Source: Thermoanaerobaculia bacterium
Lineage (GTDB): Bacteria > Acidobacteriota > Thermoanaerobaculia > Multivoradales > Multivoraceae
NCBI GenBank assembly: GCA_963664405.1
Contig: OY761158.1
Location: 6,144,001 to 6,208,000 of the forward strand
DNA: 64,000 nucleotides
Direction of reading: 5' to 3'
Shown: one piece after another, positions 30,492-39,267 of the stretch
Layout: every line of letters begins with the position of its first letter
Position numbering within the stretch: position 1 is the first letter of the stretch
Program-made: the position numbers and the translations under genes
Notes under the pieces: model-generated
Told to the model about the DNA's origin: nothing
What the model saw: only the letters and a program-made list of their open reading frames with translations
Database searches by the model: none

Positions 30492-31329
30492 GGGCTTTCC
30501 TGGGAGAGCGCTGGGAGGTAGGTGGCGAGAAGACCTCGAGGTAGAGCTTCTGATCGATGTTGGGTAGCTCTTCTTTGGCGGCCATGGCGAGGAGCTCGTT
30601 GGCCATGTGTGCGAGTACTCTGAGGTTTCTGGCGGCGTGCTCGGCGAGAGTGGTGATGACCTCGTGGTCGAGGAGACTGGGGTTTCCGGCTTGTGTCAGG
30701 GAGTGCTGGAGCCATTCGGCCAACGTCTCTGGGGGCAGGTAGTCGAGGAGGAGGAGGCGTACGCGGATGCGGCTGGCGACGGGTAGGAAATCGTCTCGTC
30801 GGAAGAGCTGTGTGAGTCGGGAGTCGCCGCACAGGACGACGGTGAGGATGGAGCGTGAGTCGAAGTCCGCAGAGGCGAGGATGCGCAGTTCGGCCAGCAC
30901 GTTGGCGGCGAGCTCCTGTGCTTCGTCGATCAAGAGTACGGGTCTTTGATGGGTGGCATCGACATGGGAGAGCCAGGTCTGTCGGAGGGCTTTGAATCCG
31001 GCCCATCGGTTGTGTGGATTGAGCGGGACCCCGAAGAGCTGTCCGAGCTCACGGTAAAAGTCGGCGAGACTGCTCTGTGGCCGCGTGAGGACTCCGGTGC
31101 GCAGGTCGGGCAGGTGTTGAAGGTGGTGAGCGAGGGTGCGTAGAGCGACCGACTTGCCGGTGCCGGGATCACCGGAGATCAATGCGAAGCCACCGTCGTG
31201 GACGAGGGTCTCCAGGCGCCAGCAGAAGTGGTCGAGATGCGGGTGTCGCCACAGCGCTTCGACGGGGATGTTGGGGGTAAAGGGGTTCCATTTGAGTCCG
31301 AAGAGTGCCAGTAGTTTCTGGTTGTTCAC
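30484..31329 (-). CDS. ExeA/TnsC-like AAA+ ATPase of the transposon
   Basis: FGLKWNPF, Walker A GDPGTGKS, Walker B LLIDEAQ, ASRI; coupled to the transposase. Confidence 0.9.
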   Translation of the reverse strand: MNNQKLLALFGLKWNPFTPNIPVEALWRHPHLDHFCWRLETLVHDGGFALISGDPGTGKSVALRTLAHHLQHLPDLRTGVLTRPQSSLADFYRELGQLFGVPLNPHNRWAGFKALRQTWLSHVDATHQRPVLLIDEAQELAANVLAELRILASADFDSRSILTVVLCGDSRLTQLFRRDDFLPVASRIRVRLLLLDYLPPETLAEWLQHSLTQAGNPSLLDHEVITTLAEHAARNLRVLAHMANELLAMAAKEELPNIDQKLYLEVFSPPTSQRSPRKARA

Positions 31330-32750
31330 GGTGTCTCCTTTTTGAGGTAGGCGGGCGGGAGCCCGGTGGCGGCGTACTCCGCCATGTGTTTGCGGAGTAG
31401 GGGTGCGATGCCAGGCTCCGGGCCTGTCGGCTCGTCGGTGCTCTGGGGTTGGATCGGGCGGCGGATGCCGGAAGCGTTTCTTGCCTTGTCGATGGGGTAG
31501 AGGCGCTCGAGTGGGACGTCGGAGCTTTCGTCGACCATGAAGACGGAGCTTTTCTCCCAGCTCTGGTATCGCACCGAGATCCGGTTGAGATGATGGAAAC
31601 GAGAGGGGATCTCGAAACGGGTGCCGTCAAGACTGATGGTGCCGTCGCTTTGGCGCTGGGTGCGCTTTCGAGCGGCGGTGAAGGCGAAGCGCAGCTCGTC
31701 CAGGCTGGGGCAGATCCGAGAGACGGAGGGACCCTCGAGAAAGCGGTCGAGCGGCGTCTGGCCGGTCTCGGAATGGACGCTGCGGTGATACTCCATCTCC
31801 ACCCAAGCCAGCGTCGCCTCATTGAGCAATGCCAGATTGAGATCCGCGTGTCCTTCGAGCATGGCGAGGAGGCGGGATTCGACTTGAGAAAAGAAGTTTT
31901 CTTGTTTCCCGTTTTGATAGGGGCTCCGGGGCAATGTGGTGCGATGGACGACGGAGAGGCGTAGGAGCCCCTCGGTGGTCTCGTCGGCGATCATGGCGCT
32001 GCCGTTATCGGTGAGCAGTGAGCGGCACAGTCCGCGTTTGATGAAGGCTTGGATCAGAGCGTGGATCAGACACTCGGCGGTCTCGTGCAGATACCACTGC
32101 AGATGGCAGGTGAGCCGGGAGTGATCGTCGAGAATCGCCAGCAGCATCGGTACTTCCCAGGTCCCTGCGGAGCTCGGGATCTTGCGCGAGCCGTGGTGGA
32201 AGTCGAGGTGCCAGAGCCCGTTGACGTACTCGGCTTCGTAGCTGCGCTTCTCGCGCGCAGGGGCACCGGAGGCAGTGCTGCGATCCTTTCCCTTCGTGCG
32301 TCGTTGTTTGGGCCAACCGTGCGCGATCATGAAGCGGCGCAGGGTGGAGTAGGAAGGCACCTTCCCTGGCTCCGGTCGCTCTTTTAGCACCACGTCCAGA
32401 TTGTCCCAATGGAGCTGGTAGCTCCACGTCGGGTGGGCCTTGTATTGCGTGTGGATCAGCTCGGCGATCCGGGTTGGGATGGCGCGCGCTTGGCCGCTGT
32501 CGCTTCTCGATCGGCGTTGTAGCGCCCCGATCGGATCGCGACCGGCCAGGGCCGTGTAGTACCAACGCTCAATCGTCGAGCGGGCAAAGTACACCGCCTT
32601 CTCCGTGATCGGATGGCGCCAGGCCTTCTGGGAGAGTCGAGACAATTCCACCTGCAGATGTCCCGGTGCGGGAGGCGCAGCCAACAGCTCACCCACCACA
32701 CTGAAGCGAAACTGCGCCCAGCGTTGTTGCGTCGAGGCTCGATGGCTCAT
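31326..32750 (-). CDS. DDE transposase (rve core with Mu-transposase-like C-terminal domain)
   Basis: STIERW HTH, WHLDFH, LLTDNGS, NGKQENFF, YHRSVHSETGQTP, DGTISLDGTRFEIP. Confidence 0.92.
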   Translation of the reverse strand: MSHRASTQQRWAQFRFSVVGELLAAPPAPGHLQVELSRLSQKAWRHPITEKAVYFARSTIERWYYTALAGRDPIGALQRRSRSDSGQARAIPTRIAELIHTQYKAHPTWSYQLHWDNLDVVLKERPEPGKVPSYSTLRRFMIAHGWPKQRRTKGKDRSTASGAPAREKRSYEAEYVNGLWHLDFHHGSRKIPSSAGTWEVPMLLAILDDHSRLTCHLQWYLHETAECLIHALIQAFIKRGLCRSLLTDNGSAMIADETTEGLLRLSVVHRTTLPRSPYQNGKQENFFSQVESRLLAMLEGHADLNLALLNEATLAWVEMEYHRSVHSETGQTPLDRFLEGPSVSRICPSLDELRFAFTAARKRTQRQSDGTISLDGTRFEIPSRFHHLNRISVRYQSWEKSSVFMVDESSDVPLERLYPIDKARNASGIRRPIQPQSTDEPTGPEPGIAPLLRKHMAEYAATGLPPAYLKKETP

Positions 32751-32856
32751 CTCCCTCTCCTGGGCGCCGATTCCTTCAATCGGCGGCGAGAACAGAGACC
32801 TTAAGGCCCGCTTCTCGGCGAGTCGAGACGCATCTTCTGCGGGTTTCCGGCGACCC

Positions 32857-33423
32857 TCACACAGCGAGCACAGAGGGCCCGACCAATAGGGCGCGAATCA
32901 CCGCCAGCACCCTCTCGCCTGCCGGCGACAATTGACGAAAGACTAGGAGCAGAGAGCCCGGCAAGTCTTGCCGCTGGATCGGCTCGGCATGAAAGCCTTG
33001 AAAGCGAGTCATGACCGGGCTGAGACCGAAGTCCTCTCGCCACCATCTCTGCCATCGGCGCACCGTACGTGCGCTCACCTGAAACAATTCCTGTAGACGA
33101 TGCAGCCGCTCTCCCTTGGCCCCTTCCCGCAGCACTGGGACCAGAAGTACCAACACGCTGAAGTACACCTTCCGGCCCAGAAAACGAAAGGACGCAGGCG
33201 TCTGACGACGACGGCACCCCTCCACCGAGCAGCAATAGCTCAGCCGCAACGAGGTCCTTCTGCGCAGCTCCTCGGGCCCTCCGCGAGGCTTACGTGGATA
33301 GTGAGCCTGGTGCAAACGCCCACCGCATTCGCAGCCTAGGGCGCGAGTCTTCTCCGCTAGATCCTCGTCGAGTCGCAACAGTAGATCGTAGAAACTGGCA
33401 TCCTGAAGCAGGGTCTGGTACAA
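32857..33423 (-). CDS. Transposon-encoded Cys-rich/HTH hypothetical protein (ORF1)
   Basis: TTG start after AAAGGAGA; CECGG..H..HYPRKPRG, SYCC...GCRRR.TP.S.RFLGRKVY, VSARTVRRWQRWW. Confidence 0.8.
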   Translation of the reverse strand: MYQTLLQDASFYDLLLRLDEDLAEKTRALGCECGGRLHQAHYPRKPRGGPEELRRRTSLRLSYCCSVEGCRRRQTPASFRFLGRKVYFSVLVLLVPVLREGAKGERLHRLQELFQVSARTVRRWQRWWREDFGLSPVMTRFQGFHAEPIQRQDLPGSLLLVFRQLSPAGERVLAVIRALLVGPSVLAV

Positions 33424-33668
33424 GAGGGCTGTCTCCTTTCGGCCTTTCGTTTTTAAATTCAACGAAAGAAGACACGCCCTCCGAGGGGACGTCAACCCCC
33501 GGAGGGCACCTCACTCCCCCCCCACAACAACGGCGCGCCCGGTGGCCGCGGATGATGCCGGCTCTTTTGCCCGCTTTGATCACGCTATCCGAGGGACCAG
33601 TACGCTCTTCCCTCGACTACCGTGACTAGAACAGAGGCGAATCCCATCAACTACCCTGATCACTCTCA

Positions 33669-33743
33669 CTCAGCGCCAGATGCCGGCCCGCTCGTGAGGA
33701 CCCATGCAATCCCAATAAGGCCTGTAGCCACACGGCCGCACAT
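33669..33743 (-). pseudogene. Signal-peptide 5' end of the interrupted DUF3604 gene
   Basis: ATG 33743 after a G-rich RBS: MCGRVATGLIGIAWVLTSGPASGAE, continuing as PAENVYFGDLH across the insertion. Confidence 0.85.
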
Positions 33744-33783
33744 CACGACGACCCCCCTTGCGAGTTTGGGCAATTGGGTGCGC

Positions 33784-34305
33784 TCAGTGCAGCTTGGTGC
33801 ACGCACTCGCGGCGCCCAGCGGATCGATGGCGCCGCCGCCCGACTCGACGTAGGCGATCTTGCCGTCTTTGCCGACCACAAAGGTCGTGCGATTCGCCAT
33901 GACTCGTCCCTCGATCAAGACTCCGTACTTGCCTGCGACAGATCCGTCTTCATCGCTGAGCAGAACGAACTCGAGATCGAGCGACTCAGCGAACTCTTTG
34001 TTGGTGGCTAGCTTGTCTGTACTGATTCCGAAGACGACCGAGTCGCTCTCTGTGAACTCCGTGATACCAGCCTGGTATCCCTTCATCTCACGAGTTCAGC
34101 CACCGGTGAAGGCTTTGGGAAAGAAGGCAAGGACCACGTTGCTCTTGCCCGTGTAACTAGACAACGAGGATGAGTTGCCATCCGAGCCCGGTAGGGTGAA
34201 GTCGGGAGCCGTGTCTCCGACTTCGAGTGCCGCTGAGGCGGCGCCAGCCGAGACCGTGGCGGCTGCGGCCAAGGTGATCAGAAGCTCGCGGGGAAAGAGT
34301 CGCAT
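33784..34305 (-). CDS. Exported peroxiredoxin (BCP/AhpC-TSA), probable selenoprotein with Sec at TGA 34096-34098
   Basis: Two track ORFs are in frame across one TGA: VGDTAPDFTL..VVLAFFPKAFTGG*TREMKGY..VFGISTD..LLSD..RTTFVVGKDGKI. The TGA is at the peroxidatic Cys position. Confidence 0.85.
34056..34095 (-). promoter_or_regulatory. Putative bacterial SECIS hairpin
   Basis: mRNA directly after UGA: ACUCGUGAGAUGAAGGGAUACC-AGGCU-GGUAUCACGGAGU; perfect upper stem, G-containing loop about 22 nt from the UGA. Confidence 0.65.
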
Positions 34306-34348
34306 GAGGTCTCCTTTTTCGCTCTGGGGAGTCTGCGCTGGCAGAGCT

Positions 34349-34412
34349 CCGAATGCGCCGTCCTCGGCGCCAAACAGCAACTAGCTGGAGGAAATGATAG
34401 CAGTCATTTTCG
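34349..34412. repeat. Third copy of the double-hairpin REP-like unit
   Basis: CCGAATGCGCCGTCCTCGGCGCCA followed by GGAGGAAATGATAGCAGTCATTTTCG. Confidence 0.75.
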
Positions 34413-34435
34413 GAGGCTCCGGAGGCACCGTGAGG

Positions 34436-35314
34436 CTAGCCCTGAGAGTACTCGAAATAGGCGTTCGAAACGACTACTTTGTCCTCGACCCGAGCTTCGA
34501 AGAGCACCCGGCCCGGGCTCTCGTGCCAGGCACGGACTCGAAGGGTGTCGCCCAGGAAGACTGGATAAGAGAAGCGCACTTTGATCTTGTGGAAGCGAGT
34601 TGAGTCGCCGTCAGCCAGGACTCCGAGCAAGAGTTGCCCACAGTGGCCGAATGTGCACAAGCCATGGAGAATGGGCTCGTCGAAGCCTCCGAACTTGGCG
34701 GCTTCCGGGTCGATGTGGAGAGGGTTGTAGTCGCCGGATAGGCGATAGATGTGGGCCTGGTTCTCGGGCACTTCGGCCTCGACGACGACGTCTGGGTCCC
34801 GTTCAGGGACGGTGAGCTTTGCTGAGAATGTCTGACCTGAGCCCTCGAAGGGCTCGATGTCGCCGAGCACTTCGACGCCGCGCCGAAATGATCCATTCAC
34901 CATCTTCACGCACTCGTTGCCGTCGGCGTCGCTGACCACGCTCTCGAACTCCACGAAGCCGTTGCCCTTGCCTCGAGGGTGGATTCCGATCACGCGCGCC
35001 CGTACCGAGACTTCGCCTTCGATCGGTAGTGGACGAATCATCTCGAGATAGCGCTCGGCGTCGATATTGAGAGGGCCGGGTGAGTTGGGAACGAGGGCAC
35101 GATCTAACGGTGCTCCGGCTCCGCCCCAGCGGATCGGGAAGGTGGGGAAGACGGAGAATTCCGGGTCGCCCTCGAACACGAAGCGCAGGTCGCGGGCACC
35201 GACTCCTACAGCGTAGAGGAGAACGTCTCGCTGGTCGTAGCGGATCTTGACGGGTTCTCCCCAGGGTCCTGGTTCACCCCACGGCAGGGCTGCCAGTGCG
35301 TCATAGGTCGCCAT
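34436..35314 (-). CDS. MaoC-like (R)-specific enoyl-CoA hydratase 2
   Basis: DVLLYAVGVG; hydratase-2 motif YRLSGDYNPLHIDP..A..GGF..PILHGLCTFG. Confidence 0.9.
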   Translation of the reverse strand: MATYDALAALPWGEPGPWGEPVKIRYDQRDVLLYAVGVGARDLRFVFEGDPEFSVFPTFPIRWGGAGAPLDRALVPNSPGPLNIDAERYLEMIRPLPIEGEVSVRARVIGIHPRGKGNGFVEFESVVSDADGNECVKMVNGSFRRGVEVLGDIEPFEGSGQTFSAKLTVPERDPDVVVEAEVPENQAHIYRLSGDYNPLHIDPEAAKFGGFDEPILHGLCTFGHCGQLLLGVLADGDSTRFHKIKVRFSYPVFLGDTLRVRAWHESPGRVLFEARVEDKVVVSNAYFEYSQG

Positions 35315-35327
35315 CTCGCTCTCCCTT

Positions 35328-36326
35328 TCAATCGATGTTGCGGGCGAGGTCGGCTGACGCAAGATCCGTCCACAGCGCATCGGGAATCGCGCTTGCGATC
35401 AACTCGAGATTGGCGTGGACCTCGTCGACCGACCAGACTCCTGGAATCACGGACGCAACGGCTCGATGGCGGAGTGGATACTGCAGGGCCGCGGCGCGCA
35501 TGTCGACGCCGTGGTCCTGACAGATCTCGCGAATACGCTGAGTGCGTTGCCACCGCTCGTCGTCGACCGGCTTGTAGTTGTAGGTAGCCCGTTGCCGCTG
35601 GGTAGTGGCGAGTAGACCCGAATTATAGGGGCCGCCGATGATCACCGAAACATTCTTGTCGAGGCACTTTGGTAGGAATTCATCCAGCGGCTCTTGCTCC
35701 AGCAGGGTGAAGCGGCCGGCGAGCAGGAAGCAGTCGACGTCGAATTCGTCCATCACGCGGCTACAGACCTGCCACTCATTGACGCCGAGTCCCCAGGCTC
35801 GAATAACGCCTTGGGCGCGCAGGTCGGCGAGGGCGGGCAAGATTCCTTGCGCCGCCTTCTTGTAGATCTCAGGTTGTTCCTCGCCGTGCGTCCAGACATC
35901 GATGTCATGGCAAAGAAGAATATCAACACGGTCGAGGCCGAGTCGTTCCAGGCTCCCCTCCAGCGACTTGCGTGCTGCGTCGTAGGTGTAGTCATAGCGG
36001 ATCGCGAACGGTTCCTCGTCACGCATCTGCGGACTCCGCTCGCCTTCGTCGGTGGGCACCAGCAATCGACCGACCTTCGAAGAGAGCGTGAAGTCCTCGC
36101 GCCTGAGGCGTCGCAGTACGCTACCGAGCCGTTTCTCACCAAGGCCATGCCCATAGAGCGGTGCGGTGTCGAAGTAGCGCACACCGCCGTCGAGCGCGGC
36201 GCCGACGATCGCGATCACATCGTCATCATTCAGGCGGTGGCCGACACCGCCGAGAGGCGCGCCACCGAAGCCCAACGTTGTCAAGGTGACATCGGTCGCT
36301 CCGACCGTACGTTGTTCCAGCGGCAT
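35328..36326 (-). CDS. Aldo/keto reductase (D-threo-aldose 1-dehydrogenase-like)
   Basis: LGFGGAPLG, FDTAPLYGHG, SSKVGR, LLAGRFTLLEQ, GGPYNSG. Confidence 0.9.
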   Translation of the reverse strand: MPLEQRTVGATDVTLTTLGFGGAPLGGVGHRLNDDDVIAIVGAALDGGVRYFDTAPLYGHGLGEKRLGSVLRRLRREDFTLSSKVGRLLVPTDEGERSPQMRDEEPFAIRYDYTYDAARKSLEGSLERLGLDRVDILLCHDIDVWTHGEEQPEIYKKAAQGILPALADLRAQGVIRAWGLGVNEWQVCSRVMDEFDVDCFLLAGRFTLLEQEPLDEFLPKCLDKNVSVIIGGPYNSGLLATTQRQRATYNYKPVDDERWQRTQRIREICQDHGVDMRAAALQYPLRHRAVASVIPGVWSVDEVHANLELIASAIPDALWTDLASADLARNID

Positions 36327-36483
36327 GGGTCATCGATCTTATCGCTCCCGCGGCGCCTCCGAGAGGTACCACCCTCTTAGTTGTTCGAAGGCTCTGACCT
36401 CGACCCGCTTTGTGGAGACGCTCATCTACGCAAGGGCCTAGTCCTCACTTACGTCTATTGATGTCAGGAGGAATTGCAAAGAA

Positions 36484-37419
36484 GTGCGGAAACCCAGAGG
36501 ACTGGTCGCAAACCGCCTGGTGGAGATTACCTGCCGGACACAGCAGGGACGCTTTCTCCTGTGCCCCTCGCCGGAGGTGAATCGGATCATCCTCGGCGTC
36601 ATAGGTCGCGCTCAGCGTCGCATGGGAATGACGATATGCGGGCTCGCCGTTCTCTCGAACCACTACCACATGCTGGTGATTCCCGAGAGCACGGAGCATC
36701 TGAGCGACTTCATGGAGTTCGTGAACGGTAACATCGCTCGCAAGGTCGGTGTGCTTCACGGCTGGTCGGGGAAGTTCTGGAGCAAGCCCTACAGTCACAT
36801 CATAGTTTCGGATGAGGAGGAGGCCCAGATCGGGCGTCTTTACTACCTTCTCTCTCACGGAGCGAAGGAGGGTTTGGTCCGCGACCCCAGGGACTGGCCC
36901 GGTGTTCATTGTGCAGGTCATCTCCGACGCGGCTACTCGGAAATGTTGGGCGGGGAGTGGCACGACGAGACTCAAGAGTACAACGCTCGTCGTAAAGGTA
37001 AAGAGCTGAATCTAGGCGACTTTCTGTACGAGGAGTCGGTCGTGTTGACGCCTCTTCCCTGCGCGAAGGATTGGAGCTTCAGGAAGAAGATCGAGTTGGT
37101 CCGGGGTCAGCTACGAGAGATCAGTGGGGTGGTCCGGCAGCGGATTGAGGAAACCGGGAGGCCTCCGTTGGGAGTGAAGAAGATTCTGCGGCAGGATCCC
37201 CACTTCCGGCCGGAGAAGCTGAGCAAGTCGCCGGCTCCCGCCTTTCACGCGGCCTCGAGAGAGCACTACGAGAAGCTCCGAGAGATGTATCGGGACTTTG
37301 TCAATGCTTACCGTGAGGCTGCGGAGAAGCTCAAAGAGGGAGTGCTGGATGCGGTATTCCCGCCGGGTTGTTTCCCTCCCGGACTACCTTACGTGCCCGA
37401 GGTGCGGGCCGGACCGTGA
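36484..37419 (+). CDS. Y1/HUH transposase (RAYT-like)
   Basis: ITCRT, LSNHYHMLV (HUH), GKFW..PY, YYLLSHGAKEGLV..PRDWPG; C-terminal FPPGCFPP. Confidence 0.8.
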   Translation: MRKPRGLVANRLVEITCRTQQGRFLLCPSPEVNRIILGVIGRAQRRMGMTICGLAVLSNHYHMLVIPESTEHLSDFMEFVNGNIARKVGVLHGWSGKFWSKPYSHIIVSDEEEAQIGRLYYLLSHGAKEGLVRDPRDWPGVHCAGHLRRGYSEMLGGEWHDETQEYNARRKGKELNLGDFLYEESVVLTPLPCAKDWSFRKKIELVRGQLREISGVVRQRIEETGRPPLGVKKILRQDPHFRPEKLSKSPAPAFHAASREHYEKLREMYRDFVNAYREAAEKLKEGVLDAVFPPGCFPPGLPYVPEVRAGP

Positions 37420-37729
37420 TCGGTGACCCCATAGCTCGGGTGTCTAACATGGCGGAAGCGTCGATCGCTGAGCGCTCCACGCCTGGCTGATGTGTGTCCA
37501 GCGAACGCGTTTGGCGTTCTTTTCCGACTGTTGCGGCGGGCCGCAAGGTGGATCTGGCCGTGAGGGCCGCCTAAGCACTCTTCTTCGAATCTCGGAGGAA
37601 GCGGGGTCCGCTTTTGGGCGGACTTTCTTCGTACTTTCTTCGAAGCGGGGCTACTTTCTGGGCTACTTTTTTCGAAGTGGGTGGGACTTCTTTCTTTAGG
37701 GGACTTCTTTCTTTAGGACTCCATCTGGT

Positions 37730-38452
37730 CTAAGCGTTCGAGCGGAGCGCCTGCTCGAAGCTCATATCCAAGCCGGTGAGAATTTGCCTCTTGGTTCGTG
37801 CGAAGGCCTCGGAGTCCAAACTCGCAACTTCTTCGAGAAAGGGTCGCGCTACCTCGCGAAGTGCGGAGCCCGCCGCATAGAGACGATGGACTAATCCCCG
37901 TTCGTAGGCCAAGGTCCCGGTCATGGTCTCGCCCAGATAGGCGATCGGGGCAAGGAGAGATAGGTTGAGCTGGCGCGGCAGCTTGTAGCTCCAACCCTCC
38001 GCCGCCCATAGTGCACGCTGCATTCGCGGGTCGCCGTAGTTCGCATCTTCGGTGGCGACGCGAAAATCACAAGACAAGCTGTAGTCGTAGCCTGAGCCGA
38101 GCGCGTGGCCGTGAATAAGCACAACCGTGGGCTTGCTGGTCGAGCGTAGGGCCGCACAAGAATCTAGCAGGAGGACCGGACCCATGCCCAGATCCAAGTC
38201 GACCCGACGCCGCTCGAGCTCTTCTGGTAGATCGCGCTTGCCGGCCGTCAGGTCGTCTCCGGCACAGAAGGCGCGCCCTACCCCCGAAAGCGCGATCACC
38301 CGCACTGAAGGGTCGGCTTCCGCCGCTCGGACCGCGTCACGAATTCTGAGGTGCTGATCGATGTCGAGCGCGTTGAGCTTCTTCGGCCGATTCAACACCA
38401 GATGGCGGACCGGTCCCTCGTCCTCGAGGATCAAGGCATCGTCGTCGCTCAT
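37730..38452 (-). CDS. Enoyl-CoA hydratase/isomerase family protein
   Basis: LNRPKKLNAL, AFCAGDDL, IHGHALGSG, SCDFR. Confidence 0.88.
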   Translation of the reverse strand: MSDDDALILEDEGPVRHLVLNRPKKLNALDIDQHLRIRDAVRAAEADPSVRVIALSGVGRAFCAGDDLTAGKRDLPEELERRRVDLDLGMGPVLLLDSCAALRSTSKPTVVLIHGHALGSGYDYSLSCDFRVATEDANYGDPRMQRALWAAEGWSYKLPRQLNLSLLAPIAYLGETMTGTLAYERGLVHRLYAAGSALREVARPFLEEVASLDSEAFARTKRQILTGLDMSFEQALRSNA

Positions 38453-38454
38453 CG

Positions 38455-39267
38455 TCAGCGCCCCTTGAACTCGGGCTTCCGACGCTCTTGAAAAGCGAGG
38501 CGGCCCTCTGCGACGTCTTCGATGACGTGGGTCTGGCGCACGCCGAGACAGTGCATCATGGCTGCGTCAAAGGCGAGATCGAGCTGCGGCAGAATCTGCT
38601 TCTTGTGCACCTCCCAAGAACGAGTGGGCAGCGCCGCGACTTGCGCGATGAGGGCCTCGGCCTCGCGGTCGAGGTCGCTGTCGTCGATTACCCGATGAAT
38701 CAGTTGAATCCGTCGTGCTTCTTCCGCGCTCAGAGTCTCGCCCAGGAGGAGAATGCGCATCGCCTGTGACTGGCCTATGAGGCGCGGTAGCACGTAGGAA
38801 ATGCCCGTCGACGCCGCACGCCCCTGATGAATCCTCGGATCCCCGATCTTGGCCGACTTCGACGCGATCCGCAGATCGCACACACAAGCGAGATCCATCG
38901 CCAAACCGAATGCTCGGCCATGGATGACCGCCAAGGTCGGCTTGACCAGATCGCGAAGAGCACCAAGGGCGTCTTGCTCCGGAATCGGCCCAGGACCGTG
39001 ACCGCCTTCCGGCCTCCTCGATCGCAGCCGCTCCGGCCATTCCCCCATGTCTTCCCAATCATCGCCCGCCGAGAAGGTATCGCCGCGGCCTCGCAATACG
39101 ACCACTCGAACGGAGTCGTCGTGCTGCGCTTCAGCGCAGACTGCCGTCAGCGTCTCGAGCATGGCGTAGTTGATGAGATTGCCCGCTTCGGGCCGATCGA
39201 ACGCGATCTCGAGCCGGCCGTCCGCGAGTGAGACGGCGAGATCGCTGGTTGGAGATGCGTAGGTCAT
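38455..39267 (-). CDS. Enoyl-CoA hydratase/isomerase family protein
   Basis: FSAGDD, IHGRAFG, CDLRIA, LPRLIG, AFQERRKPEFKGR. Confidence 0.9.
   Translation of the reverse strand: MTYASPTSDLAVSLADGRLEIAFDRPEAGNLINYAMLETLTAVCAEAQHDDSVRVVVLRGRGDTFSAGDDWEDMGEWPERLRSRRPEGGHGPGPIPEQDALGALRDLVKPTLAVIHGRAFGLAMDLACVCDLRIASKSAKIGDPRIHQGRAASTGISYVLPRLIGQSQAMRILLLGETLSAEEARRIQLIHRVIDDSDLDREAEALIAQVAALPTRSWEVHKKQILPQLDLAFDAAMMHCLGVRQTHVIEDVAEGRLAFQERRKPEFKGR

Larger units (their letters stand above)
30111..33668 (-). mobile_element. 3,558-bp four-gene DDE transposon (IS21/Mu/Tn7-like ends) with an ExeA-like ATPase
   Basis: Terminal inverted repeats TGAGAGTGATCA(C/G)GGTA(A/G)T(C/T)GATGG (22/25 match); CTCAG duplicated at 30106-30110 and 33669-33673; extra ~19-bp end motifs. 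Confidence 0.95.

Noticed and set aside
30111-33668. CRISPR-associated transposon or prophage
   Set aside because: No cas genes, array, recognisable TnsA/TniQ or phage structural genes; ORF1 is only Cys-rich.
34328-34344. GGAGTCTGCGC match to the IS1182 terminal repeat
   Set aside because: Only 11 bp, with no partner end or target duplication; probably chance.
37600-37720. T-rich low-complexity stretch with GGACTT(T)CTT-like repeats
   Set aside because: Short and degenerate; no periodicity or function can be supported.
36370-37730. Defined ends for the Y1 transposase element
   Set aside because: No convincing terminal hairpins or inverted repeats longer than about 6 bp; boundaries could not be set.
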